From the human T2T-CHM13v2.0 reference genome, Homo sapiens: DNA of 64,000 nt. The notes beneath the pieces are model-generated. The model was not told the DNA's origin. It saw only the letters and a program-made list of their open reading frames with translations, and made no database searches. Position numbers and translations under genes: made by a program. The stretch lies in assembly GCF_009914755.1 (NCBI RefSeq), contig NC_060927.1; one strand, given 5' to 3'. This document shows, piece after piece, positions 1 to 21,585 of this stretch. Numbering within the stretch: the stretch's first letter is position 1; each line of letters starts with the position of its first letter.

Positions 1-29
1 TCCATCTCAAAAAAAAAGAAAAAAAGAAA

Positions 30-430
30 CTGTAACCATTAAACAAGTTAACTTCCCATTTCCTCCTCTTAATCTCTAATCTACTTTGTGTCTGTCTGTG
101 AGTGTGCTTGTTCTAGGTACTGCAAATACTAAATGGAATCATACAGTATTGTCCTTTTTTGTGTCTGGTTTATTTCACTTAGTGTAATGGTTTCAAGGTT
201 GATCCATGTTGTACTGTGTATCAGAATTTCATTCCTTTTTAAGGCTTAATCCGTTGTGTGTGTACACTACATTTTGTTTATTAATTCATTTGTAGCAGAC
301 ACTTGGGTTGTTTCTGCCTTTTGACTATTGTAAATAATGATGCTGTGATCATTGGTGTACAAATATCTCTTTGAGTCCCTGCTTTGAATTCTTTTGGGTA
401 TATACCCAGAAGGGAAATTGCTATATGGTA
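30..430 (-). mobile_element. Old L1M (L1MB-like) 3' region, antisense; continues in fragments at ~900-1140, 1170-1620, 2540-2626, 3334-3390, 4010-4180 and 4585-5020
   Basis: The minus-strand translation resembles the L1 ORF2 C-terminus (LLGIYPKEFK...TPM..ASLFTIVKRQKQPKC; [21 protein letters not shown] at 1372..1722). Subfamily assigned by eye. Confidence 0.8.
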
Positions 431-1592
431 ATTATTATTATTATTAATTATTTTATTTATTTTTTTTTGAGACAGGGTCTTGCTCTGTTGCCCAGGCTGG
501 AGTTCAGTGGCACAGTCATGGCTCACTGCAGCCTCGAACTCGAGCTCAAGCAGTCATCCCGCCTCAGCTTCCTGAGTAGCTGGGACTACAGGCATGGGCT
601 GCCACAACCAGCTAATTTTTTTGTTTAATTTTTATTTTTTGTGATGAAGTCTTGCCTTGTTGTCTAGGGTGGTCTCGAACTCCTGAGTTCAAGTGATCCT
701 CCTGTCTTGGCCTCCCGAAGTGCTGGCATTACAGGCATGAGCCACCACATCTGGCCCATAATTTTTTTATTTTAATTTTTTTGTGGAGACAGGGTCTCCC
801 TATGTTGCCTATGCTGGTCTCAAACTCCTGGCCTCAAGCCATTTTCCCTCCTTGGCCTCTCAAGGTACTGGTATTACAGGCATGAGCCACTGCACCCAGT
901 TGATACTTGGTTATTATATGTTTAGCTTTTTGAGGACCCACCATACTGTTTTCCTCAATGGCTGCATCGTTTTACATTCCCACCAGTAATACACAAGGGT
1001 TCCAATTTTCCCACATCCTCCCCAACACTTATTTTCTGTTTTTCCTTTTTTGATAAATTTGTGTGTGTATATGTGGTTTTTTATTTGTGTGTTTTGATGA
1101 TAGCCACCCTAATGGGTGTGAAGTGGTATCTCGTTGTGTTTTCTTGGTTTTTGCTTGTTTGTACCTTTTTACCCATTTTTAAGTGTGCTACTTAGTAGTA
1201 GTAAGTACATTCTTCTTTTTGTGCAACCATAATAAAAATCCAGCTTCAGAACTTTTTTCATCTTCCCAAACTGAGTTTCTGTACCCATTGAATAGTAACT
1301 CCCTATTCTCTCCTCCCCTGACAATCACCATTCTGCTTTCTGTCTCTATGAATTTGACTACTCTAGGTATCTCATGTAAGTGGAATCATATAATATTTGA
1401 TCTTTTGTGTATGGCTTATTTTACTTAGCATAATATCTTCAGGATTCATCCATCTTGTAGTATGTATCAGAATTTTATTCCTTTTTAAGGCTGAGTAATA
1501 TTCCATTATACATATATACCACATTTTGTTTATCCATTTATCTATTGATGGACATTTGGGTTGTTTCCACCTTTTTGCTCTTGTGAATATAA

Positions 1593-1840
<248 letters not shown>

Positions 1841-2017
1841 TGAACTTCTGACCTCAGGTGATCAACCTGCCTCGGCCTCCCAAAGTGGTGGAATTACAGG
1901 TGTCAGCCACCGCGCCCAGCCACAAATATCAAGTCTTTACTTTCATTTCTTTTGGGAATATATATACTCAGAAATGGAATCGACAATTGACAGAGCAAAT
2001 GGTAATTCTATGTGTAA

Positions 2018-2226
<209 letters not shown>

Positions 2227-2626
2227 TAGCCAGGATAGTCTCCATCTCCTGACCTCATGATCTGCCCGCCTTGGCCTCCCAAAGTGCTGGGATTACAGGC
2301 GTGAGCCACCGCGCCCGGCCAATTTTTTTTTTTTTTTTTTTTTTAGACAGGGTCTTGCTCTGTTGTCCAGGCTGGAGTGCAGTGGTGCAGTCACAGTTCT
2401 CTGCAGCCCTGACCTTCTCAGTTCAAGCTATCCTCTCACCTCACCCTCTTAAGTAGCTGAGACTACAGGTGCATGCCACTATGCCTAACTAATTTTTTTA
2501 TTTTTTTGTAGCTGTGGGATTTCGCTAGGTTGCCCAGGCTTTATGTATCATTTTTTGAGGAACTGCCTTACTGTTTTCCACACTGGTTGCACCATTTTAC
2601 ATTCTGTTAGCAGTGTACAAAGGTTT

Positions 2627-4058
<1,432 letters not shown>

Positions 4059-4222
4059 TGATTTGCATTTCCCTGATGATAAGTGATGTTGAGCGTCTGT
4101 TCATGTTCTTATTGGCTATTTGCATATTCTCTTTTGGAGAAGTATCTATTCATGTCTTTTGTTGACCATTTTAAAATGGGGTTTTTCATCCTGGCTAACA
4201 CGGTGAAACCCTGTCTCTACTA

Positions 4223-4537
<315 letters not shown>

Positions 4538-5387
4538 CTACCCTGGGTGACAGAGTGGCCCAGTCTCTAAAAATAAAATAAAATTAGGTTTTTGTCTGTG
4601 TTGTTGAGTTTTAGGAGTCCTTTATACACTCTAGATATTAATTCCTTGTCAGATATTTGACTTACAAATATTTTCTCTCTGTGGTTGTCTTTATACTCTG
4701 TTGATAGTGTCTTTTGATGCACAGAGGTTTTCATTTTGATGAAGTCCAATTTATCTTCTTTTTTTAAAATCTGTGCCTCATCTGCAAATATTACCAATCG
4801 AAAGTCATGAAATTTTTCCCCTAAGATTTTATAGTTTTAGCGCTTACGTTTGGGTCTTTGATCCAATTTGAGTTAATTTTTTATATATTTTTGTTGTGTA
4901 AGAGTCCCACTTTATTGTTATGCATGTGGATATTCAGTTTTCGGAGTACCATTTTCCATTTGGGAAAAAGATTGTACTTTCCCCATTGGATGGTCTTGAC
5001 ACCTTTGTTGAAAATCAGTTGACTAAAGTTCAAGACTAGCCTTGCCAACATGGCAATATCCCGTCTGTACTAAAAATACCACAATTAGCTGGGCATGGTG
5101 GTGCCTGGCTGTAATCCCAGCTACTCGGGAGGCTGAGGCAGGAGAATCGCTTGAACTGGGAGGTGGAGGCTGCAGTGAGCTGAGATTGCGCCACTGCCCT
5201 CCAGCCTGGGCGACAGAGCGAGACATGAGAATCTGTCTTAAAAAAAAAAGAAAATTGACCATATATGTGAGGATTTATTTCTGGTCTCTCCATTCAGTTG
5301 ATTGGTCTTTATGTCTATCTTTATGTCCTTACTGCACTGTTGTGATGGCTGTAGCTAAATGGTACACTTAAAAATGGTTAAAATAGG

Positions 5388-6132
<745 letters not shown>

Positions 6133-6406
6133 TAATTTCTTGTATTTTTAGTAGAGATGGAGTTTCACTATATTGGCCAGGCTGGTCTCAAATTTCTGAC
6201 CTTGTGATCCGCTGGCCTCAGCCTCCCAAAGTGCTGGGACTACAGGTGTGAGCCACCACGCCTGGTCATACCCAAATATTTTACCATAATTATACAAGAA
6301 TTTATTATTTTTATTTTTTTCTTTTTAAATTCTTTAATCTTCTTCATTTGTTAATGCTTTGCTGAATCATAAAAAATTATGAAATAAAAAGAATAGGTCT
6401 TGTTGA

Positions 6407-6759
<353 letters not shown>

Positions 6760-7924
6760 TGACCACTTTGGCCTCCCAAAGTGCTGGGAATACAGGCGTG
6801 AGCCACAGTGCTCAGCCAATTTTTTGTATTTTTAGTGGAGAAAAGGTTTCACCGTCTTTGCCAGGATGGTCTTGATCTCCTGACCTCGTGATCCGCCCGC
6901 CTCCCAAAGTGCTGGGATTACAGGCCTGAGCTACCACGCCCAGCCTTTTTATTTTTTTATTTTATTTATTTTATTCTCAGCCTTCTGGGTAACTGGGACT
7001 ACAGGTGTATACCACCACGCTCAGCTAATTTATGTATTTTTAGTAGAAATGGGGTTTCGCCATATTGGCCAGGCTGGTTTTGAATTCCTGGTCTCAAGTG
7101 ATCTGCCTGCCTCCGCCTCCTAAAGTGCTGAGATTACAGGCATGAGCCACTGGCCCAGACTACACTTAAAATTTTCAAATCGAGATATTTTGGGGGGCAA
7201 GGGTGCTTCTAGCAGCCACTAATTCCAGTTCTTGAGTGCATATTAAAGTTGCTACTGTTTAAAAGCTTGTAGTTGGATCCAGGGAGTGGGTAGGCGGTCA
7301 GAGTAACCCTTGCTTCTTGGTGTCTCCTTGATGCTCTTAGCTGAATGTCCTGTGTAGCCCACAACATTTACTTTGGGAAAAAATTAAGAGTGTTTAAAGC
7401 AGGATCAAGCTGCTGCATACCACAGCTAAAACTACTAGAATAAGACCCCTGGTTCTGTTTCATTGTTTTTTGGAGCTAAAGTCATGATTAAGAAGGATGG
7501 CCTGGGATATTGGTACTGTGCTGCTAGAGGTGCAATTCCTGGTTCTTTGCAAGATAGACCAGAGTGAAAGCATTTGTTAGGAATGTTTTTATTAATCAAG
7601 AGTGAAAGGCAAGGCCAGGCGTGGTGACTCAGGCTTGTAATCCCAGCACTTTGGGAGGCCAAGGTGTGGGATCATTTGAGGTCAGGAGTTCAAGACCAGC
7701 CTGGCCAACATGGTGAAACCCCGTCTCTACTAAAAATACAAAAATTGGCTGGGTGTGGTGGTGCATGCCTATAATCCCAGCTACTCGGGAGACTGAGGCA
7801 GGAGAATCGCTTGAATCCGGGAGACGGAGGTTGCAGTAAGCTGAGATCATGTCACTGTGGTACAGTCTGGGTGACAGAGGGAGACTGTTTCAAAAAAAAA
7901 AAACAGAAAGAATGAAAGGCAAAA

Positions 7925-9246
<1,322 letters not shown>

Positions 9247-10321
9247 TAGTACAACCTCTGCCTCCCGAGTTCAAGTGATTCTCCTGCCTCAGCCTCCCGA
9301 GTATATAGGACTACAGGTGTGTGCCACCATGGCTAATTTTTGTATTTTTAGTAGAGATGGGGTTTCACCATGTTGGTCAGGATGGTCTAGATCTCTTGAC
9401 CTCGTGATCTACCCGCCTTGGCCTCCCAAAGTGCTGGGATTACAGGCATGAGCCACTGCGCCTGGCCCCAGTTTTTGTATTTTTAATAGAGACAGGGTTT
9501 TGGCATGTTGGCCAGGCTGGTCTCAGACTCCTGACCTCAAGTGATCTGCCCACTTCAGCCTTCTGAAGTGCTGGGATTAAAGACATGAGCACTGTGCCCA
9601 GCCACTTTTACTATATTTTAAATTAGGTTACTTATCCTTTGTTTTTTTTTTTTTTGAGACGAAGTTTTGCTCTTGTTGCCCAGGCTGGTGTGCAATGGTG
9701 CATCTCGACTCAACGCAACCTCTGTCTCCCGGGTTCAAGTGATTCTCCTGCCTCAGCCTCCCGAGTAGCTGGGATTACAGGCATGCATCACCACGCCAGC
9801 TAATTTTGTATTTTTAGTAGAGACAGGGTTTCTCCATGTTGGTCAGGCTGGTCTCAAACTCCCGACCTCAGGTGATCCACCTGCCTTGGCCTCCCAAAGT
9901 GTTGGGATTACAGGCGTGTGCCACTGCTCCTGGCTTATTTTTCTTTTTGTTACTGAGTTGAAATCATTTTTTATATATTTTAGATACAAGTCACTTACCA
10001 AATATGTAATTTGCACAAATTTTCTCCCATTCTGTGGGATGTCTTTTCATTTAAACCAAAAAATTGTAGAGATGGGGGTTTTGCTGTGTTGCCCAGGTTG
10101 GTCTTGAACTCCTGGTCTTAAGTGATCCTCTGACCTTGGCCTCAAAAAGTGCTGCGATTATAGGCATGAGCCAATGTGCGCAGCTTACCTTTTCTTCTTT
10201 TCTTTTTTTTTTGAGGCAGGGTCTTGCTCTGTTGCCCAGGCTGGAGTGCAGTGGTGCAATCATGGCTTACTGCAGGCTGAAACTCCCATGCTCAAGTGAT
10301 CCTCCCACTTTAGCCTCCTAG

Positions 10322-10483
<162 letters not shown>

Positions 10484-11360
10484 TGAGTAGCTGGGACTAC
10501 AGGCGTGTGCCACCACGCCCAGCTAATTTTTGTATTCTGAGTAGAGACGGGATTTCACCACATTGGCCAGGCTGGTCTCGATCTCTTGACCTCGTGATCT
10601 GCCCGCCTTGGCCTCCCAAAGTGCTGGGATTACAGGTGTGAGTGTGAGCCACCGAACCTGGCCTTTTTTTTTTTTTTTGAGACCGTCTCTGTCACCCAGG
10701 CTGGAGTGCAGTAACATGACACAATCTCCGCTCACTGCAACCTCTGCCTTCTGGGTTCAAGTGATCCTTCTGCCACAGCCTCCTGAGTAGCTGGGATTGC
10801 AGGCATGTGCTACCACGCCTGGCTAATTTTTGTATTTTTAGTAGAGACGGGGTTTCACCATGTTGGCCTACCTTGTCTTGAATTCCTGACCTCAGATGAT
10901 CTGCCCGCATCAGCCTCCCAAAGTGCTGGGGTTACAAGCGTGAGCCACCACGCCTAGCTGGACCTGACTAATTAAAAAAAAAATTTTGTAGGCTGGGCAG
11001 GGTGGCTCACACCTGTAATCCCAGTACTTTGAGAGGTGGAGGCGGGGTAATCGCCTGAATCAGGAGTTTGAGACCAGCCCGGGCAACATAACGAAACCCT
11101 AGGTCTACCAGAAATACACAAAAAAATTAGCCGAGCATGGTAGTGCACATTTGTAGTCCCAGCTACTCAGGAGGCTGAGGTGGGAGGATGGCTGGAGCCA
11201 GGGAAGCAGTGGTTACAGTGAGCCGAGAATGTGCCACTGCACTCCCGCTTGGGTGACAGAGTGAGATAAGGTCTCAGAAAAAAAAAAAAAATTTATAGGC
11301 CGGGCGCAATGGCTCACGCCTGTAATCCCAGCACTTTGGGAGGACCAGGCGGGCGGATCA

Positions 11361-11723
<363 letters not shown>

Positions 11724-11737
11724 TTATAGACTCTTAA

Positions 11738-12082
<345 letters not shown>

Positions 12083-12556
12083 TAGAGACAGGGTTTCACT
12101 GTGTTAGCCAGGATGGCCTCGATCTCCTGACCTCGTGATCCGCCTGCCTAGGCCTCCCAAAGTGCTGGGATTACAGGCGTGAGCCACCGCACCCGGCCTT
12201 GCACATGTTTTTAAAACTTAATACATAATAGCTTATCCTGTATCAATTAACATAGCTACTTTATTTATTCTTAGGGCCGCATAGTATTTTTTTTTCTTTC
12301 TTTTTTTTTTTTTTTTTTTTTTTTTGAGACTGAGTCTCGCTCTGTTGCCCAGGCTGGAGTGCAGTGGTGTGATCTTGGCTTAAGCAACCTCTGCCTCCTG
12401 GGATCAAGCCTCGGGATCCTCCTACCTCAACCTCTGCAGTATTTGGGACTACAGACACCTGCTACCACACCCAGTTAATTTTCGTATTTTTTGTAGAGAT
12501 AGGGTCTCTATTGATGTGCATTTAGGCTTTATAATATTTATATATATATTTTTTGA

Positions 12557-12802
<246 letters not shown>

Positions 12803-12965
12803 TGAAACCTCGTCTGTACTAAAAATACAAAAATTAGCTGGGTGTACTGGCGGGCACCTGTAATCTCAGCTTCTTGGGAGGCTGAGACAGGAGAATCGCT
12901 TGAACTTGAGAGGCGGTGGTTGCAGTGAGCCATTGCACTCCAGCCTGGGTGTCAAGCAAAACTCT

Positions 12966-12984
12966 GTCTCTCTCTCTCTCTGTG

Positions 12985-13033
<49 letters not shown>

Positions 13034-13040
13034 ATATATA
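12966..13040 (+). repeat. Compound (CT)n(GT)n(TA)n microsatellite in place of an Alu tail
   Basis: Read directly from the sequence. Confidence 0.9.
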
Positions 13041-13416
13041 TTCTGCCAATATTTTGTGATTAGAGAGTTTAAAGTATTTACATTTAAAGTAATTACTGAT
13101 AAGGACTTTTGCCATTTTGCTACTACTTTTATGTTTAGCTGATTTTTTTTTTTTTGGTAGTGAAAAAAAATTTTTTTTTTTTGAGAGCATGAGACTGTTG
13201 CCTAGGCTTTGGTGAGCAAAATAGTGCAGTGCCACAATCTCAGCTCACTGCAACTTTGGGCTCAAGTGATCCTCCTGTCCCAGTCTCCTGAGTAGCTGGT
13301 AGTATAGGTGTGCCACCACCATGCCTGGCTAATTTTTGTATTTTTTGTAGAGATAGGGTTTTGCCATGTTGCCCAGGCTGGTCTCAAACTGGGTTCAAAC
13401 AATCTACCTGCCTTAG

Positions 13417-13908
<492 letters not shown>

Positions 13909-14629
13909 TGATTCTCCTGCCTCAGCCTCCTGAGTAGCTGAATTTACAGGCATGCGCCACCATGCCCAGCTAATTTTGTATTTTTAGTAGAGACGGGGTT
14001 TCTCCATGTTGGTCAGGCTGGTCTCGAACTCCAGACCTCAGGTGATCCTCCCGCCTCGGCCTCCCAAAGTGCTGGGATTACAGGCGTAAGCCACCAGGCC
14101 TGGCCTGCTTTTTTAATTTTTTATTTATTTTTTCTTTTTAAGAGGGAGGGTCTTGCTGTGTTGTCCAGATTGGAGAACAGTGATGAGATCATAGCTCACT
14201 GCAGACTTGGATTCCTGGACTCAAGCAATCCTCCCGCTTCATTCTTTGCAAGTAACTGGAAGTGCAGACATGTGCCACCTGCCTTTTTTGTTTTTTAAAT
14301 TTTTCATAGAGATGGGGTCTTGCTATATTGCCTAGGCTGGTCTCAAACTCCTGGCCTCAAGCAATCGGCTTCCTGAAGTGCTGGGATTACAGATGTTAGC
14401 CACTGGCCTGTTGTGAAAATGTTTTGACTTTCTTCTCATTTTCTTTCTTTCTTTTTTTTTTTTTTTGAAGTAGAGAGAGTCTCACTATATGGCCAATGGT
14501 GGTTTCAAACCCCTGAGCCCAAGGAATCCTCCTGCCTCAGCCTCCCAGTGCTTGTCGTGCTAGGACAACAAGCATGAGCCACTGTGCCTAGCCCCTTCTC
14601 ATTTTCTTTTTCTTTCTAGTGCATAAGCA

Positions 14630-14960
14630 GGCAACCTTATTTTCTTATGTGTATATTCTAAAGATATGTTCTTTGCAGTTACCATGGGAATTACACTTAA
14701 CATCTCACAGTTATAATCTAATTTGAATTTATACTAACTTAAGTTCCATAGTATACAAATCTCTGCTCCTATCCAGCTCCTTTCTCTTCCCTTTTCTGTT
14801 AAGTCATGGATTACATCTTTGTAAATCGTATCTCAGGAACCTAGATTAATAATTTTTTATGCATCTGTCTTTTAGATCACATTGAAAGTGAAAAGTAGGA
14901 GTTACAAAGCAAAATTGCAATAATGCTAGTTTTTACAGTTGCCCCTGTATTTGCCTTTAC
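14630..14960 (-). mobile_element. Ancient L1M internal fragment (related pieces at ~13040-13140, 16240-16320 and 16650-16700)
   Basis: Resemblance by eye to antisense L1M4/L1M5 sequence (e.g. TTTACATTTAAAGTAATTACTGATA; TTTTAGCATTTCTTACAAGG..TCTGAGAATGTCTTGATT). Confidence 0.55.
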
Positions 14961-15285
14961 CAGAGATCTTTCTTTCTTTTTTTTTTTTTTTGGGATGGAG
15001 TCTCGCTCTTTCGCCCAGGCTGGAGTGCAATGGCGCAATCTCAGCTGACTGTAACCTCTGCCTCCCGGGTTCAAAAGATTTTCTTGCCTCAGGCTCCTGA
15101 GTAGCTGGGACTGTAGTTGTACGCCACCACACGTGGCTGATTTTTGTATTTTTAGTAGAGATGGGGTTTTGCCATGTTGGCCAGGCTGGTCTTGAACTCC
15201 TGACCTCAGGTGTGAGCCACCGCACCCGGCCGAGATCTTTATTTCTTCACATGGCTTCACGTCTAGCTTTTAAAAATTCATTCTG

Positions 15286-15905
15286 GGCCGGGCGCAGTGG
15301 CTCACGCCTGTAATCCCGACACTTTGGGAGGCTAAGGCGGGCGGATCACGAGGTCAGGAGATCGAGACCATCCTGGTTAACACAGTGAAACCCCGTCTCT
15401 ACTAAAAACACAAAAGGCCGGGTGCGGTGGCTCACGCCTGTAATCCCAGCACTTTGGGAGGCTGAGGTGGGTGGATCACGAGGTCAGGAGATCGAGACCA
15501 TCCTGGCTAACATGGTGAAACCCCGTCTCCACTAAAAATACAAAAAACAAAACAAAACAAAAAAAACTATTAGCTGGCATTGCGGTGGGCACCTGTAGTC
15601 CCAGCTACTCGGGAGGCTGAGGCAGGAGAATGGCGTCAACCCAGGAGGCGGAGCTTGCAGTGAGCCAAGATCACGCCACTGCACTCCAGCCTGGGAGACA
15701 GCAAGACTCTGTCTCAAAAAAAAAAAACAAAAAACCACAAAAATTAGCCGGGCGTGGTGGCAGGCGCCTGTAGTCCCAGTTACTCGGGAAGCTGAGGCAG
15801 GAGAATGGCATGAACCCAGGAGGTGGAGCTTGCAGTGAGCCGAGATCGCTCAACTGCATTCCAGCCTTGGCAACAGAGCGAGACTCCATTTCAAAAAAAA
15901 AAAAA
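15286..15905 (+). mobile_element. AluY with another AluY (15416-~15730) inserted in its central A-rich linker
   Basis: Left monomer, then a complete Alu, then the right monomer. Outer TSD AAAAATTCATTCTG on both sides. Confidence 0.88.
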
Positions 15906-16322
15906 ATTCATTCTGAAGAATTCCTTTTTTTTTTTTTTTTTTTTGTAAAAATGGAGTCTCACTCTGTTGCCCTGGCTGGAGTGCTGAGTGCCATGGCATG
16001 ATCTCAGCTCACTGCAACCAACCCCCACTCCAAGTTGAAGCGATACTCCTGCCTCAGCCTCCTGACTAGCTGGGATTAGGGGTGCCTGCTACTGCACCTG
16101 GCTAATTTTTGTATTTTTAGTAGAGACGGGTTTCACCATCTTGGCCAGGCTGGTGTCGAACTCCTGACCTCGTGACCAACCCACTTCGGCCTCCCAAAGT
16201 GCTGGGATTACAGGCGTGAGCCACTGTGCCCGGACTGAAGAATTCCCTTTTAGCATTTCTTACAAGGTCTGTATAGTGGTAATGAGCCTCCCTCAGCTTT
16301 TGTTTATCTGAGAATGTCTTGA

Positions 16323-16547
<225 letters not shown>

Positions 16548-16581
16548 TAGCCAGGATGGTCTCAATCTCCTGACCTTGTGA

Positions 16582-17144
<563 letters not shown>

Positions 17145-18218
17145 TAATCTCTTGCCCCAAGTGCCTGTTAGTCTGTAGTCTGCTTTGCAGCTTTCATTAG
17201 CAATACCTGCTGCTTTCTCTGCCTGAGTTTTGTATTAGGTTGAAATAGAAACATGCACCTTATGTCTGTCCTTCAAATACCCCCGCAGACAGGGTAGAAC
17301 AGATATGTACGATAATTTGCAAATAAGGTCTGCTTTGCTCTTTGAGGGAGGGAGCTGGGAATTGGGCTTCTACTGCTTTAAGACAAAAAACACTGCCATG
17401 CTGGAGAGGGGGTAGGGCAAGGTTGAGTAAAACACCACAGAACTTTCCTTCTGTTTTGAAGATGGCTTTTTCTTCATTGGATATTTGCTTGTAAACCTTT
17501 GACTCTTTTCTAAAACTGTCAAATTTGGTTCAGACAGTTACTACTTGTTTTTCTGATGTTTCTATGAAGGAATGAGACCTTGAAACTTCCTAGTCTGCCA
17601 TTTTGATGACCTATGGGCTGTCTTTGTACTCTCTTGATAGTGTCCTTTGATACACAGAAGTTTTTAATTTTGATGAAGTCCCTTTATCTACTTTTTCTTT
17701 TAAAGTTCCTTGTGCTGTAGGGGTCATATTTAAGAAATCATTGCCAAATCCAAGGTCATGAAGATTTGCCTCTTTTTCAGTAGCTATAACAAAGGTCCTG
17801 GAAATAACTTCTTATCTTGACTTGAGTTACATGTCTGTCTTCAAAGCAATGACTGTGGTGAGGGTAATAGATTATTCCGATTGCTCATGCTGGATGGTGT
17901 CCGATCAGGTCTGAGACAGTGGGGTTGATACTACAGTGCTGTTTCCAAAAAGGAAGGGCTAGTGAGCGCTAGAAAAATCAGTAAATACTTATTTCATGTA
18001 GTAAATGTGAAGCATTCATAGCACATTGAAAAGTTTATGGTGCCCAGAGTACCTTTTTTTTTTTTTTTTTTTGAGACAGCCTCACTCTGTTTCCTGAACT
18101 GGAATGCAGTGGTGCGATCTTGGCTCACTGCAGCCTCAACCTCCTGGGTTCAAGCGATCCTCCCCCACTTCAGCCTTCCAAGAAGCTGAGACTACACATA
18201 GTCATCATGCCTGACTAA

Positions 18219-18428
<210 letters not shown>

Positions 18429-18680
18429 TAGGCTGGTCTCGAACTCCTGACCTCAGGTGATCCACCTGCCTAGCCTCCCAAAGTTCTGGTAATTTTTGTA
18501 TTTTTTGTAGAGATGGCATTTTGCTATGTTGCCCAGGCTGGTCTCAAACTCCTTGGCTCAAGCGGTCTGCCTGCCTTGGCCTCCCAAAGTGTTGAGGTTA
18601 CAGGTATGAGCCACCGTGCCCGACCCCAGAGTACACATTTTAATTAAAAACTTATTTTTCTGGCCGGGCACGGTGGCTCA

Positions 18681-18977
<297 letters not shown>

Positions 18978-19717
18978 TTAATATGTAAGTGATGTAAGTG
19001 TTTGAAAGTGACTTCCAGCTGGATGCGGTGGCTCATGCCTGTAATCCTAGCACTTTGGGAGGCCGAGGCGGGCGGACTGCTTGAGCTCAGGAGTTTGAGA
19101 CCAGCCTGGGTAACACAGTGAAAACCCGTCTCTACTAAAATACAAAAAAATTAGCTGGGCGGCCGGCGTGCGCCTGTAGTTCTAGCTACTTGGGAGGCTG
19201 AGGCAGGAGAATTGCTTGAACCCGGAGGTTGCAGTGGGCTGAGATCGTGCCTTTGCACTTCAGCCTGGGCAACAAAGCAAGACTCCATCTCTTAAAAAAA
19301 AAAAAAAAAAGAAGGCCGGGTGCAGTGGCTCACGCCTGTAATCTCACACTTTGGGAGGCCTAGGTGGGCGGATCATGAGGTCAGGAGATCTAGACCACAG
19401 TAAACCCCGTCTCTACTAAAAATACAAAAAATTAGCTAGGCGTGGTGGCGGGCGCCTGTAGTCCTAGCTACTCGGGAGGCTGAGGCAGGAGAATTGCTTG
19501 AACCCGGAGGTTGCAATGGGCTGAGATCATGCCTTTGCACTCCAGCCTGGGCGACAGAGCGAGACTCCATCTCAAAAAAAAAAAAGAAAAGAAAGAAAAG
19601 AAAGACCTTCAAAATTATTGCTGCTGATGTGGTCCCTCATAAACCAAGCAGTGGGAAACTGGTTTAGCTTTTAGTTCACATTCTAAAGTACTAATTTTTG
19701 TGGTTTATTTTGTACAG

Positions 19718-19783
19718 GTACTGCTATAACCAGAATTTGGTAGAAAAAGGATTTACTTGTTGGGGCCCTCTTGATAAAAAGAG
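19718..19783 (+). other. RBM6: RBM6 exon 2, 5' UTR part
   Basis: Acceptor tttattttgtacAG ends at 19717; branch-like TACTAAT at 19689-19695. There is no ATG in this part, and in-frame stops TGA TAA (19772-19777) lie just upstream of the ATG. Confidence 0.9.
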
Positions 19784-19827
19784 ATGTGGGGGGATTCTCG
19801 ACCTGCTAACAGAACTGGACCTTTTCG
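19784..19827 (+). CDS. RBM6: RBM6 exon 2, first coding segment (MWGDSRPANRTGPF+CG), 44 nt, ends in phase 2
   Basis: ATG in context GAGATGT; donor CG|GTAAGT at 19828. The translation matches the RBM6 N-terminus as I recall it and joins exon 3 in frame (CG|T = Arg). Too short for the ORF track. Confidence 0.95.
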
Positions 19828-19957
19828 GTAAGTTCTCAAATTTGAATATTGAAATTGCCAGTATTTTAATTATAAATGTGTAACATTTTCGCCTACTATA
19901 AATGAAGATATTTTCTCTGTGGAGAAATAGTTTCTGATTTTTTAAAAATAGAAATTT

Positions 19958-20447
<490 letters not shown>

Positions 20448-21585
20448 TTACTGCAACATCCGCCTCCCGTGTTCAAGTGATTCTCCTGCCTCAGCCTTCT
20501 GAGTAGCTGGGATTACAGGCGCGTGCCACTATGCCTGGCTAATTTCATTATTTTAATATTAAAAAATACCCAAATATTTTATTTCTTTTTGTCTCTTAGC
20601 GAAGGAATACATATTTGGCTAGTAAGGAAAGCTAGCAAAATTTACATAAATGTTTATAAAAGTTGTATTGAGTTCACTAATTTATGTCTAGAATTCAGAG
20701 CTGTGCCTTGTCTGTGGCATGTTGACGCAGTTTGCTAAGCCACCTCTCAATTTTAGGGGTTACTTGGTACCAAGAAGAGTGGAGAAAGTGGTAGCATTTA
20801 GTTGTAAATAGATTGTATTTTAAATTTGTAGGGAATTAATTTTTTTATAGCTAGTATCATACACACTGTATTTTAACTAGTATTTAAACATTTTTCGTAT
20901 TGTGTTTACAATTAATGAGATGCTATATGAATGTGACTTTTTTGGTTTTACTTGGTACATAGCAAATAAATCTGACCTTTAAATGTATGCATTCATAAGT
21001 ATTGTTGCTCCAGTTGAAACTTCTATTAACTAGTACATTTTCCTTTTTTTACCTTTTTTCAAAATGGAGTCTCACTCTGTTGCCCATGCTGGAGTGCAGG
21101 GGTATGATCTCAGCTCACTGCAGCCTTTGCCTCCTAGGTTCAAGTGATTCTCCTCCCTTAGCCTCCTGAGTAGCTGGGACTACAGGTGTATGCCACCATG
21201 CCTGGCTAATTATTGTATTTTTTTTTTTAGTAGAGATGGCGTTTCACCATGTTGGCCAGGCTGATCTCAAACTCCTGACCTCAAGTGATCCACCTACCTC
21301 AGCCTCCCAAAGTGCTGGGACTATAAGTGTGAGCCACCGCACCTGCCATTTGGATTGGCAATCTGCAAGATTTTATTACTTAAATGCAACAGATGTTCTC
21401 ATTCATTGTTCTGAAGCTTGGAGTTCCAATGAAAAATTTAGGTGGAGAACTGAGTTTAGAAAATCCATATAATGTTTAGTAAAACTAGTATTTCATAAAT
21501 GCTGAATGACAGAGATTGGTCTTTAAATTAAAACAACAGTGTGATGTTGGGTATTTTTTTTCTTTCAAAATACTAAGGATTAGAT

